Of a DNA stretch of 64,000 nt, positions 1 to 10,037 are shown piece by piece. Every line of letters begins with the position of its first letter. Positions within the stretch are counted from its first letter, which is position 1. A model generated the notes under the pieces. The model was not told where the DNA came from. It saw only the letters and a list, made by a program, of their open reading frames with translations, and searched no databases. Origin of the DNA: Cycas panzhihuaensis (taxonomy: Eukaryota; Plantae; Cycadophyta); NCBI GenBank assembly GCA_023213395.1, contig CM041465.1:88791741-88855740 (forward strand), in the 5' to 3' direction. Made by a program: the position numbers and the translations under genes.

Positions 1-2
1 AG

Positions 3-1000
3 CACAAAGACAAGGAAGAACAAGTCGATTTTGAAGAAGAATCACAAAAACTTCATGCAAGGTACTCATTGATCTTGTGTTGCACATGCCCATCTCTTTT
101 GGTAGAATTATTTGTCCTCTCTCTTTTCCTCACTCGAGTCGTAGCAAAATTTTCTTTTCCAAATCCATAGTTAGCCATAATCATAATCTCCTTAACTCTA
201 GTTTTCTCGTAGGCCAAATCCCAATCCCTCTTTGTAACCCTAGTTCATCCCTTTACTTACATACTTTTTCACCCCCTATAGATCATCCTAAACAGGATAC
301 TCTACAACTTCAATCTGTTCGTCATATTTCATCTCTTAGTATTACCCCTTACAAAACCCCATTCGTCTTTTCCCAAACCCCTTCAATTTCATATCAACAA
401 TATTGTTTCTCTCCGTTAAATCTTTTCTTTTGTCTGAATACCATTCCTAAAACCCATTAAAGTCTTTTTTTCATAAAGAACATCTATTGTTGATTCCCCA
501 TCCATCCTTCTCTCCCAAAAAGTGTTGTGGTCTAACAAAACCTGCACAAATTTTCATCCCCATCCATGGCATATTCCAAAATTTATCCTTTCTTCCTATA
601 CCTTCAAATTCACAATTCCTCCTTTTCTTTCTCTTTTCACAATAAGCAATTGCCAATCCATGACCCTTACAATCAATTCTTTTTACAAAATCCTCACTTC
701 TCCTTCCATTAACCATTTCATTTGAAAACAAAATGTGCAAACACAAGGCAAGACAGAGACAAGACAAATGAGACACATCATAGGTCCCAAGATCCTTCTG
801 ATGTAGAACAAGATACAGCATGTACCTGGCCACAGAAACAAACATCGACAAATTCAAAACACATGCTAGCAAAGCTCCATAGAAGACGCAAGATCAAACC
901 AAATCTTCATGACCCATGGGATCTAGCACGAGGTGGTTGGAAGATTAGACCGAGCTACAAGCATTTCTCAATACTTGAGGCAAAATATTATTATAGGGAG
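3..1000 (+). pseudogene. Frameshifted ORF: acidic linker, unrecognised S/P/F-rich domain, degenerate integrase-tail/chromodomain-like end
   Basis: Peptides VLIDLVLHMPISFGRIICPLSFP, LNTIPKT, FFHKEHLLLIPHPSFS and QNVQTQ align with N2. Ends ...HFSILEAKYYYREG, like the chromovirus LEDK..GG terminus. Confidence 0.55.
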
Positions 1001-1005
1001 GGAAT

Positions 1006-1544
1006 TGTAGTATTCCAAAATATGGTCAAAACTATATTATGTGACCATTCGAATCAAAGGTCTTTAAACAAGGATTCCAATGGTTCGATGAAAGTAAATT
1101 CGACATTTGTATCAAAATTATGACTGTTTAAAGTTTTTAGCTCGCTAATTTTGGAGAAGTTAAGCCGACTTCTATTCTTAGTATTTTTATCATTATAAAT
1201 AGGAAGTTTGGGCCGCACCCCAACCCATCATTCGGAGATTCCTTTGGCTATATATTTTCGATTCAGGGGCTACAATTAGCTCGCCCATTTAGGGGCTGCG
1301 TTTGGAGGGTTCCTCGCCTCGAAGAGAGAAGCTCACTTCTTCAGGAAAGACTGGTATTTTGATGTAATTTCACTCTATTTTTGGTATTATTTGATAGTAA
1401 AGATTATTATTTACTTCAGTGGATACTATAATTCCTGTTCCTTGTTCATTTTTCTATTGAAAAGCATCTAGTTATTGCCTTTCTGTGGATTATTTTCTAT
1501 ATTTTTAAGGAAAAATGTTCTAAAAGTAGAAGTAGATCGCTACA
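1006..1544 (+). repeat. 3' LTR of N1
   Basis: TG...CA ends; TATAAATAG at ~1195. First ~135 nt align with the reverse complement of the G3 LTR end (~58797-58934). Confidence 0.8.
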
Positions 1545-2229
1545 TTATTTCATTAAGCAATGTCACTGTCAATGTCTATACATCATTAAGAAGGAGCGAT
1601 TGAGATACATTCCATATGAAACTATATCATTGAATACAAGAATTTAGCTCACACACTAGAGCAAATGATGTATGATCAATTGACTTGGCTCTTAACCTAA
1701 AGCACATGCCACAGGAATGAATAACTCGGCTCTCACACCAAAATGGTGGAACATGCCCCAATGAACACCAAATTACATGCCTTAGAGGAATGGTTATGAC
1801 TTATGTTCACAGCCATTCCTTTTCATGACAAAGTGACTCTTCACTTAATTTCTCATAACAATTAATTAATTACCATACATTCCGTGCATGCGACCATACG
1901 TACATATTCCCATGGATGATGTCATCATGTCTAGAACGTATGGCTCAATTCGAGTGTGTGTTCCATGCGTTTCCTTCTATGTGTTTCGCATGTGTTCTTG
2001 CCGCATGTGTTCCTTTCAAGAACATATCCTAATATGTGTTCCTCAAGAGTTATTTTCCGACTTTCTTCATTGTCTTATGGCATGCATTCCCACATGTGGT
2101 CCTTTAATAGTGCATTCTGCATTCCTTGTGTCGAAATAAGCATACATTCCTACTTTTCCATGGTACAAAACAACATGAGTATCAAATTTTACCCGGCATC
2201 TATCCCAAGTCAACAAAAGGATTGAGCAT

Positions 2230-2807
2230 CCTTGCTCAATTCAAAATTTCAAATTTTTTATTTAGTTTGTTTTCTCCCCCACTTCTATTTCAAGGCTACT
2301 CCTACTACCTCGAATCTACTAAAGCTTCATTGGCTTTCAATATATCTTCATTAATTTGAGCAAGGGTGGCTAAGATTGCATCCCTTTCTTTTAGTTTCTC
2401 CTAGAAAGAAACAATTTCCGCTTTGTAGTTTGCTTCCAATTCCTCCACCATCCAAACGATTTGTTGTCCTTTTCCCTTTTGTCGGTACTGGTTAGGAGGA
2501 TGCTTCTCTCAATTCCATTGTGGGAGAGAATTCTTCCTTAGTTGGGGCCCAATCCTTCAATGAGGGTTCGATTTCTATTTCTTCTTCCTCCTCCTGCCAT
2601 CTCTGTTTTCACCACTTATTTGGAGTAATGTTAGATTGGATTGCTTGGTGTTTGTTGTAACCACTTCAAAATTTTGTCATCTCCTTCTTCTCCCTTCTTT
2701 TCACTTCTGTATCATGAGTGGATTCAAGGAATGCATCCACCCATTGCTTGATCAATGGCTCATGTGGTTGAATGGGTATTTAAGGAGGTTGTACTCCCAA
2801 GCATTGA
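2230..2807 (-). pseudogene. C-terminal part of extra ORF of the Athila-like element (acidic, coiled-coil-like)
   Basis: Continues 15933-16680 across the N2 insertion with one frameshift (HPSLLFRI|YQCLGVQPP). Contains MVEELEANYKAEIVSF.EKLKEK..ATLAQINEDILKANEAL. Confidence 0.45.
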
Positions 2808-2812
2808 TATGT

Positions 2813-3347
2813 TGTAGTGGGTCCAATTCTCAAACCGCAAAGAGAGATGGTATCTCCAGTAGATAATGATAATATTTACAAACATTCAACACAGATTTCA
2901 TGCATTTAACAGTAGTAATTCTCCACAGAGGTAATATTTCTAGTAGATAACATATATTTACAACACATAATTCTTTATAAAATATCATTCAACAAACATA
3001 GTTCAACTATCCATGCAATATTGATAAATAACAGCAAAAAATGAAATGATAATAAATTAATAGCAGAACCTAATATAATATCCAACAGTTGTAGTCTCTT
3101 TGAGGTGAGAGCAATCCTCTACTTGGGCATGGATGCACCCTAATGCCACGAGGTCATTATTCCAAGTACAATAAATCCTCAGAATGTTTTACAAATGATC
3201 AAGGTGGTTCTATTTATAGTCTTTATTTTCTCTACAAAACCAACTTCATAATAAAATATATTAATTGACTCTCTTTAATCCTCCTAAAAACCAATTTCAT
3301 AATAATATAAAAAACCAACTTCTTCCTTTTTTTGGGGGAGCGCTACA
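2813..3347 (-). repeat. 3' LTR of N2
   Basis: Direct repeat of 15359-15927; TG...CA; adjacent PPT. Confidence 0.9.
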
Positions 3348-3399
3348 ATTTTCCTCCCCACTTCCCCCTTAAACTAATACTTTACCCTCAAAGTATTGA

Positions 3400-5071
3400 A
3401 AATTACTCATTGCATGGCTTGGTTTAGTTTTAACTAGTTCTTTCACCGCCACTTGCTAAGTTCTATATGTTGTGAAGACTAGGTCCAATCTTACGACCAC
3501 ATTGGATTTTGTTGAGGAGTGTTTTGAATTTGTTGATGCTCATTCTTGGGGCTAGGTACATGTTGTAACTTGTCCTGTATTGAAGGAATCCTAAGACATG
3601 TGCGGTGTCTCAAATGCCTTGTCCTGATCTCGCTTTGTGTTTGCACATTTTGTCCTCCGATGGAATGGCATATGGAATGATAGGTGATCAGAATACATAG
3701 AATTTTTGTGAGGAAGATTTTGACGAAATTTGGGAGATTGGTAAAAGACTTGATCATCTGGTCTTGAATTGATGGTCGCTTAGCAAAAAATAAATGGAAG
3801 AAGTGGAATTTTGAATGGTGACCACCACGGGTTTGAAGGTGTAGAAAGAAAGATGAAGTTTGGAATTTGACTTGAATGAGAATTTGTGAAGTGTTTGTTC
3901 GACCACAAGAAGAATTCTTTGGGAGAAAGATGGATGAGGGATTAGTGATGGATATTCTTTATGAAAGAAAGAGTTTAATAGGGTTTTAGGAATGGTATTC
4001 AAGAAAATGAAAGATTTAATGGAAAAAACAATTTCGATAAATGAAGAAAATGAAGTTGGGATGGACCAAATGGGGTTTTGTAGGGAGTAACGTATTATGT
4101 GATGAAACATAAATGAAGATGGGAGGCTTAGAATATTATGATGAGAAATTTTTTGGGGAAAAATGTGTAAAGACAACATTAAACTAGGGTTGTAAAATGG
4201 AATTGGAATTTGTCCCTCTGAAGATTGGAGCTAAGGGATTTAGGGTTTTGGCTAACTATGGGATAGAAAAGGAGGGTTTCTCTCGCTAATGACCTTGGAA
4301 ATGAGAGAGAACAAATAAAACTACCAAGCGAAATGTGCATATGCAACACGGGATCAATGAGTACCTCGCTAAATTCACAAGAGGTCTATTGATGTTCTTC
4401 TTTAGAATCCTTTGCATCCACTAATTTTTTTTCCACCCATTCTTCCACGTTCGTGATGTTCCTATGTAATTTCTCCTCGGTTCTCTTCCTTGATCTCAAT
4501 TTGCCTTTCACCAAATTCTTCCACTAGGTGATTTATTTCTACCTATTGCATGTCTTCTATAGAGTTGTGTTGTTTTCTCTAAACTAGTTCTTATTCTGTC
4601 CATGCAAGGTCTTAGTGATCTCCTCCTCAATCATTTGTTCTTCTTCTTCTTCTTCTTCTTCTTACATTGTTTTCGTCACTTTGACTGGCTACTTTGATAC
4701 CTTGATATCCTCACCCTACTTGTGAGTCTATACGTGTCTAATGTTCCCTCCACTTGAACTTTACCTCATTTCTGCCTCTTGAAAGTTATAATACAAGCAT
4801 ATGAAAACTAATACCACCGGTTGAGTATGAAAGCTTCTTTAGTCAATTAACAAACCAATCACAAGCTCTTTGTCCAATGACATTTCTAAGATTGGTCCAT
4901 ACTCTTCAATTTTGTATCAAACATGAATTCATAAATGATCTCGATGGTTTCTAGCCATTTTTTCATGTCATTGTATTCCCCCATATTTAAAAAACTCTCT
5001 ATTTTTCTTTTCCTTTATCAATGAAGGTTGCACTTCAATAATTAAAATCTATATCATCTATTGATCGAAAT
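3400..5071 (-). pseudogene. Degenerate gag N-terminus, poly-Glu linker and unrecognised S/P/F-rich domain (N2)
   Basis: KKWLETIEIIYE...IGQRACDWFVN resembles Retrotrans_gag; (GAA)n poly-E at ~4638-4663; ORFs 3754-4179 and 3491-3757 align with N1. Confidence 0.6.
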
Positions 5072-5299
5072 TGATAGAAAAATGAACTAGATAGAATTGA
5101 AAAAATGAAATCAATTCTTTATTGATTTAATATGAAAGATGTACTTTTTATATACAAGTATTTCGCATAATCGATACATACATAAATAACAAGTGTCAAT
5201 ATGAGTGGCAAGTGTCAGCAGAATTCAAAGAGGGGACCATGACACCTAACCCTTAATTTACATAAAGTTTCCTTAGCATAAAACATTAATATTCTAACA
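5072..5299 (-). repeat. 3' LTR of Copia A
   Basis: ~230-bp direct repeat of 14049-14278. Confidence 0.92.
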
Positions 5300-5319
5300 C
5301 CTCCCTTAATGTTTTATCC

Positions 5320-5974
5320 TTTGTTTTTCATATCAAGTAGATCCCTGAAATATTGAAATTTATCCTTTGGTAGAGGTTTTGTAAAGATGTTTGCAACTTG
5401 TTGATCATTGCTATAATGATGCAAGTCAATTTCTTTATTCTAAACTTTTCTCTAATGAAGTGGTGGTGGACTTTTATATGTTTGGTGCTTGCATGAAAAC
5501 AAGATTCTTAGTAAGCTTGATTACACTTTGATTGTCACAAGAGATTGTTGTTTCATTTTGCTGTTGATTTAAGTTACTTAAGAGTTGCTTTAACTAGATT
5601 GCTTCACAAATTGCATTTACAACAACTTTGTATTCTCGCTCAGAGAGGATAGGACTATTGTTGCCTCGCTTTTAGTACTCCATGATGTTGCAGTCGTTTC
5701 AAGACTGAAGCAATAATTACATGTTGATTTCCTTTCCTGACATTCTCCAACCCAATCAGAATCGTGAATCAAATTAAACCTAGTTCATTTATCCTAGTAT
5801 ATTATAGCCCAAAATTTGCGTTGTCTTTGATATATCCGAAGATTCTCTTTGCAAGATTCCAAAGAAACTTTTGGATTATGCATAAACCTGGAAATAACCC
5901 CAACAAAGAAGGATACATCTGATCTAGTGGCTATTAAGTAAATGAGACTTTCAACAAGTTGCCTGAAAAGAGTC
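5320..5974 (-). pseudogene. Copia A RT C-terminus/RNase H
   Basis: QLVESLIYL..TRSD, CDNQSVIKL, HASTKHI, QQVANIFTKPLPKDKF motifs; interrupted by element B. Confidence 0.9.
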
Positions 5975-5979
5975 TCATT

Positions 5980-6374
5980 TGGTAGAAGATAATGTTTATT
6001 GTGTAAGTGTCTAAAGTATTTGGGTGAATGTTATATCTAAGAGTCAACATTATAATGTTAATTTAATGCACACTTGTGCAAGTAAGTGGTCATTAGGTTA
6101 TTGGTCTTCAAGTAGGTGATATGTCATTGGTTGTATTGGAGGTCATTTGTCCCACATGTAACACAAGTCTTACTACACTCTCACTTATGATGTATAAATA
6201 AGTGGTTGAGGTAGAGTAGTGAATGTTGAGTCAAGATGGAATCCATTATGATATTATCGCTAGGAGTCATTATGATGTAATCATTTTCATATTAAGTTAA
6301 TGCTATCATATTATGTTCATGATATTAGTTCTATTGTTCTTGAATATTGAATGATCTCTTTGAATATTTCAACA
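5980..6374 (+). repeat. 5' LTR of B
   Basis: Direct repeat of 9645-10032; TATAAATA at ~6193. Confidence 0.93.
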
Positions 6375-8369
6375 TGGTATCAGAGCAGGTTCTCCCGCCT
6401 GTTTGAGAGTGGGTTGCTTGTTAAGCTCATGGTTGTGTGTTCACCATCTTGTCTAAGGAGGTGGCTCCATAAAGTCATTTGGATGATCGAGGGTCCAAAT
6501 TTTGGAAAGTGAAACCCTAAGGTCATCATTGTTACTGATTGTACCAAGTCTATGACTGTGATTGAAGATTTAGTACCAGGTAATACTATTCACTTTTTGT
6601 GTTAGGGTTTACCCTGTAGACAATTTGTTGGTATGACTTTGTGAAGACAAAAGATTGATGACATGAATGACTTTAAACTTGTTGCCCATTAAATCCTGTA
6701 CGGTTGAAGTGAAGGTTTTGTATCTTTTAGGGTTTGTGTTGGAAATTGTTGAGAATGTACTGGTGAAATTTGAAATTATGTTATGAGCAAAGCATGCTTG
6801 CAAAGACAAGTTAGTCACAACCATCAATAAAACCCTAGTTGCTACATGAATAAATTCTACAAAGCAAACCATAAAGGAAGATGCTCACCAACTTTGAAAG
6901 ATTAGGTGAGAATAATATTGAAACCTCGTAGAGATGTCTCGTGTGAAGGGTCGCCAAAAGAAATTGTGGAAATAAGAAAGAGGACTCCTGCCGTCGAAAG
7001 AAAATCCTACAGAATTAGCTTCGTGGAATGACTGTCCTCCTGAAATCATATATCAACCAGATGATAGGGATGATAGTTGTCAAAAAATGTTGTCAAAATA
7101 ATAACTGCAAGAAAGAAACATAGTCTGTGTCACTTGCAGGAGAAACATCATCTATGTGGGAGTCGTCGTAATGTAATTTATTGCAGCCAGACTGTCAGTA
7201 GGAGATAGAGCCGTAGTTGCATATTTGTATTCATGAATTTCCTGTCTGTATAGTTACATGAACATCCGTTACGCTAGTGAAAGAGGGTTTACAGAGTGCC
7301 AAGGAGATGCTATCGCCTCGCTATGCGCTATGTAAGATTGTCTAGTCAACCTTGAGAAAAGTGCAATGGAAAAGAGATTGGGGAGGAACAATATCACAAC
7401 GGCCACTCTTAACATACTATCTAGCAACCCACATGGTACCCAAACATGTCCTATAGTAGTAGAGGCAACATCGTGCCGCTCAAAGATTGCAAAGGTTACG
7501 ATCGCCGTGATGTAGAAGGGACATGGTCACAAAAGAATCGCCTAATTTGCAATTTGTCTACCAAGAGTACACCAGAATCCATACAAAAAAAAAAAGAAGG
7601 AATTACCCTAGTACTACCATCAATCGGTCTATTGCAAGGCCGCCCAATTGCATGTAGATTCTAGATCGCATTCTCTTCGACTCCGCACTTCTATCAAAAT
7701 GTTGAAGCTATAGTCAGAAAGATCCGCAAAAGAAGGGCGACCAATTGCGTGAAAGATCGAGGATCACCGATAAAGAGCAAAGTCGTCAACGCCATGAAAG
7801 TCCAATGAAATCGATATTCTACGATCAAACCCTCGCTCATCTATTTTTTTCATCAAGCGTAAACAAATTCTTTCGTACTATTTTTTCAATGAGTCGATAT
7901 GAATTTAATGGAATTAGAAGCTACTTTGAAATGTGGCAAATGTCAAATTTATTAACATAGATTTTATTATTTTTGCACCAAATTTAAATTTAATCATATT
8001 GAAATTCGATTTGAAATCTACTAGCCCCTAGCGGTCAACCCTTGATCACATGGAGTACTAGTGTGGCCAATTATTGATTTACTAAGGGCTAATCTTTATT
8101 AACTTGAAGTTACTCTTTATAAAGAGGTTTCTGCACATTTCTCCTTATATCTTTGCATCCAAGCATTTGTTCTCCAATCCGTCTAAGCTGTTGAAATCGT
8201 ATGTCAGAGACGATCGTTTTGGGATATGATTTGAGGGCATTTGTTGTTGTTTTGATGAAGTTATTTCTATTTAAAATTGATGCATGATCCTAAGTAATGT
8301 GCTTGTAACAAGCTCAGAGTCACATCGTGGAGCTGGAAGATATTATTGTTTTTGTGCCAAAAAAGAATG

Positions 8370-9500
8370 AATTTTGGATCACAGATAGTAACATAGCCTT
8401 GCATGAGTATATCAGAACTAATTTTCAAATTTGAAAAATTAAAATGGAGTGTATATTTATGGCTAAAAGGTTATGGAAAGTTGCCTGCAATGGTACTACA
8501 GTAATTAATGAAGAATGGAAGGAAAGTTTTAAGAAAAAGAACTAGTTAGCAATTGATGTTGTACTAGTAGCTTTTGATAAAGAAAATCTTCTGTCTTCTT
8601 ATCAATTTCTATCTCATACAATTCAAAATGTTGACACCGCTAACAAGCCCTAGAATCTTCTAAAGGATGCGTATGAAAAGACCCTTCAAGAGGTGGAAGA
8701 GGTTCTTGAAAAGGCAGCCAAAACTATTGATTGTTATAATACAGGTAAAAGGAGGATGAAGTGAGTATTGTTGATTCAGAAGAAGAGATATGTGAAGAAG
8801 TTACTAAGACTATTAATGAATGTGAAGAAACCACTATTAAATGTGTTGTTGAACTTGATGAAATCACTAAGCACAATTTGACTATTGTTGATTATAACCA
8901 ATCAATAGAAGTTTCTCTAGATGATTCTATTATTTCAAGAAAGAATAAAACTGAATTTGATTGTCTTATTGAAGATACAAACATAATTCCTAATTTGACT
9001 ATTAGTTCTAATCTGAATTATTCTCAAGCTAATGAAGACTTTGCTCCAAAGATTGAAGGAATTGCTTGTGGACATACTAATCAAAGGGAGGAACACATAT
9101 AGGATGTGGATATTGATGCTCATATTTCAAATGATGTTGATTCTTCTTTTGTTGATTTATCTTCAAATTTTGGCATTGGTTCAATAGATGTTGATCACTC
9201 ATATGTTGAAGAAAATGAAGACAAGCAAGTGATGATTGAACCGATGACAGAAGACATACTTGACATACACCTCAAATTCCAAGATGTTTTGACAAGTACA
9301 TACAGATCACCCAATGTGTCTACACCAGCTCAAGTTGGTTCAACCATGGTCTATTACACCCCAAGATGATGAAGGATTCATTCTTGCACATGAAGATGAA
9401 GAAAGTTAAGCTCAAGGACCATCACTCCTGAAGACTACTTCAAGGACAACGCTGCAGGAATCAAGATGAAGATCAAAGTGAAGATATTGTGTTCAAGACC
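8370..9500 (+). pseudogene. Copia gag N-terminus followed by long Asp/Glu-rich tail
   Basis: TNFQI*KIKMECIFMAKRLWKV...NLLKDAYE fits the Copia gag N-terminal pattern. ORFs 8761-9102 and 9106-9369 continue as acidic sequence. Confidence 0.7.
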
Positions 9501-9644
9501 ATTCCAAGATCAAAGCGTTATAGAATTCAAGACAATGCCTTATGTGGAGTCATATGTCAATTTTGGTCACCCATAGTACTTAGTGTCACTTGTTGTCTTT
9601 AGAATTTAGTTTTTGTTGTCTTGACATTAAACATTAAGGGGAGG

Positions 9645-10032
9645 TGTTAGAAGATAATATTTATCGTAAGTGTCTAAAGTATTTGGGTGAATGTCATATC
9701 TAAGAGTCAATATTATAATGTTAATGTAATGCACACTTGTGCAAGTAAGTGGTCATTAGGTGTTTTGAAGTAGGTGATATGTCATTGGTTATATTGGAGG
9801 TCATTTGTCCCACATGTAACACAAGTCTTACAACTCTCTCTCACTTATGATGTATAAATAAGTGGTTGAGGTAGAATGGTGTATGTTGTCAAGATGGAGT
9901 CCATTATGATATTATCGCTAGGAGTCATTGAGATGTAATCATTTTCATATTGAGTTAATACTATCATATTATGTTCATGATATTACTTCTATTGTTCTTG
10001 AATATCGAATGATCTCTTTGAATATTTCAACA
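9645..10032 (+). repeat. 3' LTR of B
   Basis: TGTTAG...TTCAACA followed by TSD TCATT. Confidence 0.93.
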
Positions 10033-10037
10033 TCATT

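Larger units (their letters stand above)
1..1544 (+). mobile_element. 3' part of non-autonomous chromovirus-derived LTR element N1 (5' part outside window)
   Basis: PPT AGGGAGGGAA at ~995-1004 followed by LTR TGTAG...GCTACA. Internal region is homologous in inverted orientation to 3400-4400 of N2. No RT motifs in the visible part. Confidence 0.75.
5980..10032 (+). mobile_element. Non-autonomous gag-only Copia-derived element B (TR-GAG-like)
   Basis: LTRs 5980-6374 and 9645-10032; PBS TGGTATCAGAGC 6375-6386; PPT ~9636-9644; perfect TSD TCATT; no INT or RT motifs. Confidence 0.92.

Noticed and set aside
471-872. 133-aa antisense ORF in N1
   Set aside because: The homologous frame in N2 has several stops. 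Conservation favours the element-sense frame.
1880-2230. Cys-rich ORFs and TGTGTTC repeats as a gene or CRISPR-like array
   Set aside because: Short irregular subrepeats typical of LTR or 3'-UTR sequence; no constant repeat-spacer period.
6510-6840. AAACCCTA telo-box/telomere-like motifs
   Set aside because: Scattered single copies that are common in plant TE leaders; not an interstitial telomeric array.
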